A DNA stretch of 63,140 nucleotides, counting the filler, from Reticulomyxa filosa (taxonomy: Eukaryota > Protista > Foraminifera), in the NCBI GenBank assembly GCA_000512085.1. It is 20 parts of 20 records of this genome, joined end to end, with 100 filler letters (N's around TTAATTAATTAA, not from the genome) between each part and the next. Parts side by side here need not be neighbours in the genome. Positions count along the whole stretch, not along the records: positions 22,018 to 26,825 come from ASPP01027068.1; positions 26,926 to 30,175 come from ASPP01018959.1; positions 30,276 to 32,046 come from ASPP01012159.1; positions 32,147 to 33,783 come from ASPP01022092.1; positions 33,884 to 35,226 come from ASPP01012891.1; positions 35,327 to 36,492 come from ASPP01037853.1; positions 36,593 to 41,943 come from ASPP01047438.1; 13 more parts are not named here. One strand, written 5' to 3'. This document shows, in pieces, positions 25,601 to 37,424 of the stretch. Within the stretch, counting starts at the first letter, position 1; every line of letters starts with the position of its first letter. The translations under genes and the position numbers were made by a program. Below the pieces are notes generated by a model. It saw only the letters and a list, made by a program, of their open reading frames with translations. It had not been told where the DNA came from and searched no databases.

Positions 25601-27640
25601 AGCCCATGTAAAGAATGCCACAAAGTCCCGCTTGTGGGTGTGAAGAGCCATCCCATAACCAAAGTAAAGTCGACAGTCTGTCTTTTTTTTTTCAAAAAAA
25701 AAAAAAAAATCTAACGCCTCTTTTTCTACATTATCTTCCTTTTCTTATTTGCTAGTGATCTTGACTTGAGAATTATTCAATGTGAAAGTGGCTTACTCGA
25801 CCGCAATATGTGATTGTTTTGCCTCCTTCTTTTCTTTGCCTTCCAATTTTTATGATTTCTTCAATCAATCCAGTCGCTGCTGTTATTGCGATACCGTGAT
25901 GTCGATATCGTTTTTTGTTTTTTTTGCTATATTTTCAAGTCTTTCTTTCTGAATCTTGGCGCTGCCAGACTACAAAAGCAAACTTACAAAAAAAAAAAAA
26001 AATGTCCGCAATTGAATTGGGACAACTTTTTTCAAATATTTCAATGCTATCATATGATAGATATTTTCTAAATACGACGTTCATCCACCCTTGCCGCTCT
26101 TATAATGATGAGATAGGGTACATTGACGTTGGATAATGGTCGTTTTAGAAATTTCTGCATTTATCATCATGAGTCCATTTGATAGCATTTGGATTGACTA
26201 TTCAATGATGGAGTAAGAGTACAGTTTGTATTTCTTTCTTCGTTATTCGTTGTATTCGTTCTTGTCGTTCTTGAGTACCATATTTTTCGACCATTTTTGA
26301 GATCGATATGCGATCCAGAATTTAGAACCACGTCGACTAGAATCTAACTCAAATTGGCGGCCTGCACTTTAATGTCCTCCAAGTACTGTATAATTAGGCA
26401 ACAAATATAGAGTATTATGTTGCATCTAACACACCATCCATACTTCATAGTCGATCCCTGAGACCACCACTGCAAGAATCACGTGACTTGCGTTTGTCGA
26501 ATAAGCGCCAATGATCTTTGCAGAAAATGATGATTTGTGAAGATTGTACACAAAAACATAATTCTAAACATAAGCGAGTCTATAATTGAAAACCGGTTAC
26601 TCATTACTTTTCTTTATCACGCTCATAATATAAAAGTAGGCTTAAGTAGTTAGAGAACACGCTCGGTTTTAAATTGGACACCCTTTTTTTAAGCGTCCTA
26701 AATGACAAAATGACGCAAAACCATTCTGCCAAATAAATTTATCTTATTCCTGGATGTAAATAATGCAAAAAGCATTATTTTGGAAGTTTTTTGTCAGTAA
26801 GAAAAGGTTAGTCACTGTTTTCGACNNNNNNNNNNNNNNNNNNNNNNNNNNNNNNNNNNNNNNNNNNNNTTAATTAATTAANNNNNNNNNNNNNNNNNNN
26901 NNNNNNNNNNNNNNNNNNNNNNNNNTACAATACGTTACAAAAAGTAACCAACAAATAACATTCAAGCTTCAACATTGAAGCAATAATTTTATTTTAAAAT
27001 TTGTTTAGGTGAAAATAGGTAATGCATCCTTTTATATCATTTCAAAAAAATCTCAATTTAACCCTGCAGCTCCTCGCACGTTGCTGGCGCGAGTGCTTTC
27101 CTCACATCTAAATGAGATGCCGAATCGCGATGATATGTATTTTGGCATTCTTGCCACTCCCTTTCGCTCGGCTGTCACTCCATGTTGGCTTTTAGCTAGC
27201 CAATGATGATGAAGGTGTATATTTTATTTTATTTTATTTCTGCGTTTGTGCAAGTTCAATATAAAGCGACAGAGTAGTTCAACACTTGACACTACAACCA
27301 TTAAAAAAAAGTTCAGAATTTTGTGTTCGTCATACTGTAATGATGTTTAGTAAGCTAACATGATTTTCTTTCTGACAAAAAGTTCTTTTTAGAAAGGGGC
27401 TGTGTTAGTCTTTTTTTTGGAAAGTTTTTTTTCTACAATCAGCACTGAATCTTGTAAAATCTCCTTTTTTTTATCCTTGTAGTTTAATATTACTTGGATA
27501 CTAACATATAAGCTCTTTGTTCATAAATGATGATTTCGTGTTTGTGTAGCACATTGAGATTGAGAAGCTTTGATAGTAAGATTTTTGTTTTAATTCATAA
27601 ATATTGCAGTAATTTAAAAAACTTTATTTTATACATCCAC

Positions 27641-29032
27641 TCAACAAACATAAATTAGACCTTTACATGAACCATAAAATAAATTAACATCATGATTACT
27701 ACTCAATTTTTGTTTATTGTTTTTTAATTTCTTTTTTAATGATATAAATTTAAGACATATTATTCCATTGTCCTCTTTATCTCCTTCAATTAAATATAAT
27801 TCTTTCTTATTTGATCGAATGTCCCAAAAGCGGATTGTATTATCATCTGATGTAGAGCATATCACATTTGAACAACTACCAGAAATTTCAGTATTATTCT
27901 TTGTTACAAATGGTGAATATTCAACAGTGTTTACCATATTTGAATGTCCATTAAACACTTGAATTTGTTGACCAGATCGGATATCCCATAAACGAACACT
28001 GTTATCTTCTGATCCAGATAATATTGTATTTGCACAGCCAATATTTTCTAATTCATTTGATCCATATTTTACACTCTTTACTATATTTTGATGTCCTACG
28101 AATAAAATTAATTGCTTTGTTGTTTCAATATCCCATATTCGAATGGTTTTATCAAATGATCCAGAACAAATTGTATATCCATTACCACCAATTACACCAA
28201 TATTATTACTTTTATTATCATTATTGTTGTTATTGCTTTGCAATGGTGAAATAGCAACACAACAAACACCATTTTCATGTCCATTGAAAATATTTAATTG
28301 TTTGTATGTTTCAACATTCCATAAACGAATTGTTTTGTCACCCGATGTAGAACATAAATATTTACCATTATTAAATGGTGAAAATTCAATACCACAAACA
28401 CCACCATAGTGTTCACGCAATATTTGTAATTGTTTATTATATTTGAAATCCCAAAAACGAATGGTGTTGTCATTTGATGAAGAACAAATTACATTTTGAT
28501 GATGATTATGGTAATGATATAGTGAAAATTTCACACAATACACATAACTCGAATGTCCATTGAATGATTGAATTTGTTTGTTATTTTCAATATCCCATAC
28601 ACGAACTGTTTTATCATGTGATCCAGAACAAATGAAGTGACAATCATCAAATGTTGAATAATCAATACTCCATACATAATTGGTATGTCCAGTAAATGTA
28701 TTGATTAATTTGGATAATGAGGAAAACGTGTCAAATATGAAGACTGTTCTTGTCTGTGTTAATAAATATACATTCACGATTAAATGAAAATAAAAAATAA
28801 AAAAAGAAACATAACATAATTGACAACAAGCTTGTCAAAATCATTGATCCATCCTAATTTAATCTTTAATATTCGAATCCAATGTCGAATAATTATTTGG
28901 ATCTCTTTTTCTAACTAGTTTAATTGATAAACACAATAAAGACATAAAAACAATCAGTTTTTGAAAGAGTTAAATGAAGCTTACCAATGTTGGTTGTGTT
29001 GATGTTTGTTTTTCATTATGATGAGTGATCAT
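27641..29032 (-). CDS. WD40-repeat protein of an expanded lineage-specific family
   Basis: About seven WD repeats (GHTNYVWSIDYS...CSGSHDKTVRVWD etc.), family insert IGVIGGNGYTICSGS, and family N-terminal exon EIQIIIRHWIRILKIKLGWINDFDKLVVNY. Two short introns upstream; ATG at 29030-29032. Confidence 0.88.
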
Positions 29033-29229
29033 TCTTTTTAAGTTGGTTTGAACTTTTTGTACCCTTCTCAAAAGACCAATGAAAGGTGTAGTCTAAATTT
29101 ATAATGAATTAAAAAAGTGATTAAACTTTTCCTTATCTTTTTGGTCATTTTACATTTAAATTACTTTTATTTGTTTGTTAGATCAAAAAAAATGTTTCAA
29201 TTAAGACATTAAATTGAAAAGAAAAATTT

Positions 29230-30122
29230 TATTTGTTTGTGTAAACCTTAATCATCCCCAAATTTGAATTATACAATCTGTAGAACATGATTTCCATTTT
29301 GAGATACATCCACACATCTTAATGCTTGAGAATGCCCTTCCAATATTTGTAATCTCTTCCTTGATTTTACGTTCCACAATCGAATTGTATTATCACTTGA
29401 ACATGATACAATTGTTTGACCATCTGGAAGATATTTTATATCATTCACATGATTTAAGTGCTCTTTCAATATGCCACATTCAATTCCTGTTTTAATGTTC
29501 TATATTCGAATTGTATTATCCAATGAACAGGAAATAATAAATTTATCATCTGGAGAAAATTTTGCACGCAATACACGATCAGAGTGTCCTCTAAACTGTT
29601 TCAATATTTCACCAGATTCTACATTCCACAAATTAATTATGTTATCACTTGATGACACAATCATTTTACCATCTGATGAAAATTGTGCACTCAATACATC
29701 TCTTGAATATCCTAATAATTGTTTTATCTCTATTCCAGAATGTATATCCCATAATCTTATTGTATTATCTCGCAAACATGATATAATATATTTTCCATCC
29801 GGAGAAAAGTTTACATCCCATATTTTATTGGAATCATTTTTAAATTTCATTACTTCATTTCTTGTATGAATATCCCATAATCGAATTGTCCCATCACCTG
29901 AACATGAAACAACAGCATGTCCATCTGGTGAAAACCTTGCAGCAAATACTCGATCAGTATGTCCTCTGAAAGTTTGAAGCTGTTTTCCTGATTCAGCATC
30001 CCATATTCGAACAGTGTGATCATATGATGCCGAAACAATCTTGCGACCATCTGCTGAAAATCTTACACTGTTTACTGTATTGTCATGTCCTCGTAAAACC
30101 ATTAATAGTTCAAAACCTCTTA
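29230..30122 (-). pseudogene. WD40-repeat protein (second subfamily), 5'-truncated, frameshift near 29500
   Basis: Regular repeats [15 protein letters not shown]...[12 protein letters not shown] and [15 protein letters not shown]; continues in another frame (29269-29469). Confidence 0.8.
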
Positions 30123-30275
30123 TCTATTTGAAAATGTGAATTACATAATTATCAGTTATTTATATGTAAAAAGAANNNNNNNNNNNNNNNNNNNNNNNNN
30201 NNNNNNNNNNNNNNNNNNNTTAATTAATTAANNNNNNNNNNNNNNNNNNNNNNNNNNNNNNNNNNNNNNNNNNNN

Positions 30276-30314
<39 letters not shown>

Positions 30315-31495
30315 TACCTATCCAAAACATAGCCGGCTTTGTCAAGTAGCACTTCTCTTCGCGCATGTTTGAATATCTCACACAAGGACTGAAATACACC
30401 TTTCAACTTTTTTTTTTTTTTTATTACAAAGAATGAGTGTATATGTTATGTATGATAACACGGATCAATGTTTTGCCATGTCAAAAAAACCTAACTAAAA
30501 AGACATCTGACGTGTCTTTCAAGTGATCGATGGCCCATTTCAAAAACTCATGCAAATGCTCTTGTTGGAAGTCGGGCCTCGAAAACACCTTTCCAATGAG
30601 GACCGCAGCACCCTCGCTGTTTTTTGCCCGTCTGTCTCAACAGCTCCTTCACGCACTCGATGATTTTACCAATCATCCCCCCGTGGCTGTCGATGCTCTG
30701 CAGGTTGAAAGGCACCAATATTATGATCGACAGCCACAGGCATAACGAGTATCTCGTCGCCCACAAATTATTCACATTCAAGTCACTGTGCGACAAATAC
30801 TCAAACACCGGTTCTAAGTCCACCACGTCATGTGGTAAATAACGAACTTTTTATTTTTTATTTATTTATTTATTTATTATTATTATTTGAAAAAGACAAA
30901 ACACAAACATTACAAATAAACAGCTATTCTAACCAACAGTCTTGTAACCACGGACAATAGTCAACGCGTACAATATCTCAAATCCCACGTTCACCACAAA
31001 TGCAGGATTCTTCATCACCTCTGGATCCCTCTCCGACAAGTGCTCTTTCACTGGCTTCATTATCAACTCCACAATCTCCGCCAAATGTGCATCCAATAGT
31101 TCCGGATTTTCTTGATATTTATTTAGCTATTTCGGAGGTGCGTTGCGTTTTTTTTTTATTTTGTTTTGTTTTGTTTCGTTTTTGTCACTGTTTGTCGATA
31201 TCTTTTTCCTCTCCTCTCCTTGCTGCACCTTTTTTCAATTGCAAAAGGGAGGAAGAGAAGCTAAAAAAAAATTCCTTCATATAAAATTTCAAACTAAGTT
31301 CGCTATTGGAGACAATATTTCCAATCCTTTTTGATGATATTCTTTCAAATGCTGTTTTAGTTTAGGATACTCTTTCACAAACGACGTCCAATGTTTCTCG
31401 CTATTCTCTACATCTTTTGTCCACTCTTCATCAAAATCATAACCTTCTGATGTTGGATTGCCTGTTTGAATGAGCGTTTCATAAATATGTGCCAT
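30315..31495 (-). CDS. TBCD: Tubulin-specific chaperone D, N-terminal part (3'-truncated; probable homopolymer frameshift near 30622)
   Basis: YALTIVRGYKTV, PHDVVDLEPVFEYL, WATRYSLCLWLSIIILVPFNLQSID, EGAAVLIGKVFSRPD and IFKHARREVLL follow the TBCD N-terminal motifs in order. Start is tentative. Confidence 0.85.
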
Positions 31496-31877
31496 CTTTT
31501 TTATTTTTAAGACCTTGTTTTCCCTTTTAGTACTGGTACGTTTATCCCGTATGATGTCTAGTTTTAAATCTTTTGAATTACACTACAAATTTGACACGAA
31601 TAAAAGTTTTTTAAATATCTTAATATTGTTATTTTATGGATCACTAATTGTAAGTTCCAGTTTGTCTATCAATTGTCAAGTCACAAATGATTAAATCATG
31701 TATCATCTGAAGTTTTTGTCATTTTCAGCTTATTCAATTGTTAATATGTATATTTGACATTATGCAATAATAACAAAGCATTAGTTAATTTTCGTTAGCG
31801 TTGTTTCAAATACAAGAAATTGAAATTATATTCTCTAATTCTAATGTGTAAATATCAGTTTATTAAATTTAACAACG

Positions 31878-31961
31878 TACAGTATGTTGCAAAGAAAACT
31901 GAACGCCTAAAACGATATCATATGATGATAATTGATTTTCTCCATGAAAAATCAACATTTA
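31878..31961 (+). repeat. Interspersed repeat, inverted copy at 57026-57108
   Basis: TACAGTAtGTTGCAAAGAAAACTGAACGCCTAAAAC...ATGATGATAATTGATTTTCTCcATGAAAAATCAACATTTA aligns with the reverse complement of 57026-57108 with few mismatches. Confidence 0.88.
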
Positions 31962-32146
31962 TACCTAATTTTTTTTTATTTAAAAAAAAATATCTACAAA
32001 TTTTGTAGTTTTTAAATATGAAATTAGTTTTTTAATAACTTTTTTTNNNNNNNNNNNNNNNNNNNNNNNNNNNNNNNNNNNNNNNNNNNNTTAATTAATT
32101 AANNNNNNNNNNNNNNNNNNNNNNNNNNNNNNNNNNNNNNNNNNNN

Positions 32147-33741
32147 CCAAACGAGTCTTTGGAATAATTGGCAACCAGATCTTGATACAATCGATTTTCC
32201 TCATTTGCCAACAAGGCCTTGTGATCATATGTATCAAAAGGATAAAGTTCGCGATTTACATTGGATTGATCCCACCGATTCCAACAATAGTAAATCAAAT
32301 GATTCATCAATTTGTGCACTGTTTCATGCAAGAATACGGCAGAATCGCAAAGCCAGACATGCAATATTGCAAAGTAAATATCTCGGACAGGGATGCAACA
32401 GATATAATAATTTTGTGTCAATACCATTATATTGTAATAATTCAACAAATCTGTCACATCTCTCCAATCCAATCCATTTTTTGAAACATTTACCAATGGC
32501 TGCAAAAACCAAAAGATTGGCACCAAACTCGGCATGCTTTGCAATGTGCCAACGGCCAGAGCATTAGAATGCAAATGTTGCGAGTACTCACATAAGTTAT
32601 ATTAAACACAAAGCGACTCAAATAACTTGTTTCTTTCATTACAAACAGATCTTTGATTCTCTTGAGAAATTGTGTCAGTTCCGATGACGATGACAAAGTC
32701 CTGGTGTAAAATTTTCTCAATTCCAATTCTGGCTTTACTTTTTCTTCTTCTGTCTCAAGTTCGGTTGACTTTGATTGATCTAATAATTTTGAGTCAATCG
32801 TTTGAGTGAACAAGAGCGTGGACAATTCCTTGTCCGCTTTCAAAGCCTCAACAGCCTGATGGTGCAGCACATCAAACAGTGGCATCGCCATCAAGTACTC
32901 TGAAAACAGATGCATGGAGTAGTGCTGACACCCTGGAGGCGTCGTTTCGATCAGAATGCAAATACTTGCGTACAAGTCATTTGTCGTAAATGAACAAGGT
33001 TCGTCACTGTCCTCGACATCCTTCACAAAGTCACATTTGTGCAAGAACTTTACAATTTCGTAACCTAACAAGTATTCCATTCGCCAATAGTCCAACACAT
33101 GGCTTCGAAGATTGCGGCTCTGACTCCAAATTTTTTCAAAAAAAAAAGATAATTTAAATATGTTTGTTAAAAAGTATCATACAAAAAAAAAAAAAACGAA
33201 CCAAACGAAAATGAAAAAATTTGGAAGTAATTTGCAACAAAATCTTGGCCAAAGCATAAGTGAGTTGAGAAGCTTGCAGGAGTTGACAGAGAGAGGAAGT
33301 AATATTTGGTATCTTGTCAAGACAAATGGCAATGAGTTGGAGCATGTGAATCATGAAATCGCAATGGAGACAGTATTGGAATGAAGGGACCCGCATCATG
33401 TCTGTGCAAACGAGCTCGACGATTGGAAGTCCTTCCAGCAATGCCGACACATTATTATCCATGCTCGACTCTGCAGTGGCTGCAAGCAACTCGTACTTCC
33501 ATCCTTTCAATATCAGACTCCAAACATGTTTGCCCTCATTCCATGGTAAGATGCACTCGCGAAGCAAATTGCGGATCCATGCTTCATTCACCAGCGTGGT
33601 CTCCTCTTTGCTTTGCACGAACATTGACACGGTGGACACCACACCACTCAGATACATCAAGTCATACATTTGAGGTCTCGCACACTCTGCAAACACTTGT
33701 TGGCGCAAAAGGGGGAGGTAATACTCTTTTATACAACTCAA
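32147..33741 (-). CDS. Hypothetical protein, internal fragment of a large helical protein
   Basis: Three consecutive long minus-strand ORFs (195, 202, 159 aa) with coding-like composition, separated by an intron-like AT-rich gap (~33120-33200) and an apparent frameshift (~32570). No family recognised. Confidence 0.55.
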
Positions 33742-34206
33742 TATTTGACGTGTTGTTTTTGTTGCCGTTTCACTTTGCTTTTGNNNNNNNNNNNNNNNNN
33801 NNNNNNNNNNNNNNNNNNNNNNNNNNNTTAATTAATTAANNNNNNNNNNNNNNNNNNNNNNNNNNNNNNNNNNNNNNNNNNNNTTTCTCAACAACTAAAG
33901 ACAAGCGCAAACGAAAACTAAAAAGAATAAATAGTTATCATTTTATAAACAAATAAAACTATCGATTGATTGAAGAAGCATTCCAGTTAACAGTACGTTC
34001 TTGAATTGGTTAATGAGAAAAAAGAAATGCTTGAAATATGATATGTGATTATTGGAGAATTTATTTCATTTAATTTAATCAAAAAATCAAATCAGCAAAA
34101 ATTTTTTTGCTGGAAGACAGTCCCATAAACAAATACTTTTATCTAAATATCATACTACCTACCTAAAACAGATATTGATGACAATTAAATATTGAATCAG
34201 TACTAT

Positions 34207-34550
34207 TCACGATGCTTGTGTGGCCAGTGAATGTATTGATTTAGGTGACAAACAAAATGTTTTAAGCATGGAGACAGTAGCAACCTGTATGGAATAGTAA
34301 CATAAATAATAACAAGTTATTGAACGAACAAAAACAAAAGAACTAACATAATTGATAACAAGTTTGTCAAAATTATAGATCCATTCCAATTCAATTTTAA
34401 TTTCATAGTCCAATTTTTAATGATGATTTGAATCTCTTCTTCTGACTGATCCAATCATAAATCACATAATACATATGATAAACACAAGGTTTATAAAAGA
34501 TTGAAATGAAACTTGCCAATGTCTTTGTGATAAAACTTTGAAGGTAGTCA
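34207..34550 (-). pseudogene. N-terminal remnant of the WD40 family
   Basis: EEEIQIIIKN...IKIELEWIYNFDKLVINY with family intron positions, then decay. Confidence 0.6.
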
Positions 34551-35021
34551 TTTTTTCAACACCTTTTGATTTTTTGCACTTAAGATTTTATTAAATGTAA
34601 GATAAAACTATTTACACTTATTTTTTCAATAAAAAAGTTGCCAAAAACACTTTGGCATGAGAACATAAAAAAATTTGTTTCATTACTATTTTGTCAAATA
34701 AATCTTGCTAACTATTCAACTAAACGCTCATACCATTCAATTGATGCCACTTTCATGCTTATTCACTATTAAAAAACAAGCAAACTATTTAAACAATCTT
34801 TCCGATCCAAAAAAAAAATTGCACGATATAGTAATAAACTACAAAAAAGATGTAAAAAAATACTAATGGACTTTATCAAAATATGACTTTATAAATCAAA
34901 CAACATAATATACAATCGTATTTTTGACAAATATTGTAAAACAATCATAAAACGTAGAAATTTCGTTAAAAAAACGTAGCACTTTCAATAATAATAAAAA
35001 AACACTTTAAAAACCCATATA

Positions 35022-35156
35022 AAAAATTAAGTTTGAACTCACTCCCTTGGGAAAAACAGAAAATGAAAAGAAATATATTCGCCGGCACAAGGTGCCGGCG
35101 AACAAATTTTTTTTTATTTTGTTTTTGTCAAGGGAGTGAGTTCAAACTTAATTTTT
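35022..35156. repeat. Palindromic foldback element 2 (MITE/REPIN-like)
   Basis: Perfect 28-bp arms AAAAATTAAGTTTGAACTCACTCCCTTG (35022-35049) and CAAGGGAGTGAGTTCAAACTTAATTTTT (35129-35156). Imperfect A-rich/T-rich inner arms. Central 11-bp stem TTCGCCGGCAC-AAG-GTGCCGGCGAA (35078-35102). Confidence 0.88.
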
Positions 35157-36592
35157 GTTTCATACAAGAATAAAGTTTCGTATGGCACAAAAATCTAGAT
35201 TAAAAAAACCACAATTTGACAAAACANNNNNNNNNNNNNNNNNNNNNNNNNNNNNNNNNNNNNNNNNNNNTTAATTAATTAANNNNNNNNNNNNNNNNNN
35301 NNNNNNNNNNNNNNNNNNNNNNNNNNAAAGGGTAGAAAGTGGGAAAGTAGAAAATTTTTTTTAAGAAAATGAATAATAATAAATTAAAAAGAAATGGAAA
35401 AAAAAATGTTGAAAAATGTAAAATAAAAATAAAATAAAAAAAGATTGTGATGAGAAAAAATTAAAAAAAAAAAAAGAGTAAAAACAAAGAGAAAAAAGAA
35501 TAAAAAAAAAAAAAAATCAACATTTGATATCGCAACGGCGACATCGACACTGTAGATAGTTATATATGTTGTGTTTGTTTAAAAAATTGTTTGGCTATTC
35601 ACGTATACAAGTGGTTGCTTGCTTTCAATAATAGATTGATTTTATGAACGTAGAAAGCAGTCGATGAGCGGAGACCAATCGCTATTCAAACTTATCGTAT
35701 ACATGCGCGTAATCGCAACTTTGGATATTTGGTCGTGTGGATATTGTGAGCGCGAGCAAATCTCTGGCAATCGGTTCTTGGTGTCTCAAAGTTTGCAAGC
35801 AAGTTCGATGAGAAGAAAAAAGAATGAGTGGTGATATCAAGTAAAGTGAAAATGATATCAAAATTATGTTGTCGTCAGAAGCGGCGGTTGGATTGGAGGA
35901 AAAAATGAACTCTTGGCGTGGCAAAGCAGCAAAGATTGTGTCGAAATTCGATAACCAGCGTCAAAGAACAACGGAAGCTTGGCCGTTATAGAAATGACCC
36001 CAATTTTCTTAACCGAAATCGTGCGAAAACTGTTCATTTGCGTACGCACAATCGCAACTATGATTTTCCATTGTGAGCTCGCGAACGACGTTAACATTAT
36101 TGATTGGTGAATAAAGATATAGAGTTGGTTGCATTTTCCGGTTCAATTGCCACAAGAGTGTTGTGCCTTGAGTTTGTCGAGCAAGCGTGTATTATCTTTG
36201 CTTAGCTGCTTCTGGGATTGCTATGAAGTACGAGCGACGTGTTGGATGGCATAAGAACGTAAGAATTGGAAGACGATGACGAAAAGAATGTGAGTGTTAT
36301 CAAAAAATACTCGACATTGCGAGCCGGCAACCACTGCGTCAGTAGAATTATCACATGTAATAATTTTGCAAAACTGGCGGCGTGTTGGATTGTAATCAAG
36401 AAAACAACATTGAATGCGTCAATAATAATTAAGAAAATACAAATGTCACTATCAATCATCGTATCCTCAATAGAAAAATTATTAAATGGACCNNNNNNNN
36501 NNNNNNNNNNNNNNNNNNNNNNNNNNNNNNNNNNNNTTAATTAATTAANNNNNNNNNNNNNNNNNNNNNNNNNNNNNNNNNNNNNNNNNNNN

Positions 36593-37019
36593 TTCATCGA
36601 TCGAAATTTAGCGTCTTTGGTCAATACAGAAGGTTTAAAATTTGCAAAATACGCAAACTTGCTACGCTCTTCTGGCTATGATCACAATGTAAAATTCGTT
36701 GAAGTGGAGTCATACTTTTGCTTTTTTTTTTTTTGTATGTGCACCTGTTGCAGCTTGTTAGAAACGCAACTTTTGTTTGGAAATACTCTTTCTCCGCTTT
36801 GTAGCCCCAACACACAACCTCTTTTGTCTTAGAGTCCAAAAGTAGAGCCGACAAATTTTTACTCTTGGCGTACTGAGCTATTTCCTCACAGCCTCCGGTG
36901 TGTTGAATTAAATCTACTCTGAGAACAGCTCCGGGCATTGTATGCTCACATGCTGCTGCAGCAGAGCCAAACGAGCCAAAATCAATCCCAATTACTTGAT
37001 CGAATACCACACTGGACAT
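36593..37019 (-). CDS. HSPA12-like atypical Hsp70, N-terminal fragment (3'-truncated)
   Basis: Phosphate-1 motif VIGIDFGSFGSAAA, then KNLSALLLD...CWGYKAEKEY, intron, FAYFANFKP; parallels the neighbouring HSPA12-like N-terminus. Confidence 0.75.
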
Positions 37020-37424
37020 GGCACAGATAAATGAAATAAGCTAAGCAACAACCAAAAAAAAGTTCTTACACTGAATAGTCAGATTCACCACGGCTAAACA
37101 TTCGATTTTTTGATTGTACAATGCAATCTATTCTCTTTTAAAATTAAGTTATAACAACTATTTTAAAACGAATCTGTAAGGAAGCAAACTTAGAGAGTCA
37201 AAACTTTTTGAGTCCAACTTTATACTTTTAAAAATGGCGAAATCTTATAAAAAAAAAAATAAAACACTAAAAAAGTACACAATCTTCAAATTTCTTTTTT
37301 TTAAAATTTTTTTGTGTTGTTTGATAAGTGTCCGTTCCTACAGTTTTTTTTGTTGTGTCTGCCCTTGTCTTTACTCTTTTTGTTTGTTGCTTAACGTGTC
37401 AACGAAAGATTGTGAAAAGTGGAA

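Noticed and set aside
35078-35198. Helitron 3' end (hairpin followed by CTAG)
   Set aside because: The CTAG is ~40 bp beyond the outer arm and ~90 bp from the GC hairpin, not the ~10-15 bp expected, and long outer arms are not a Helitron feature.
35660-36492. Possible decayed HEAT/ARM-repeat gene (also 180-830, 15785-16600 and 40700-41940)
   Set aside because: Coding-like composition but many stops and no motif I can name with confidence.
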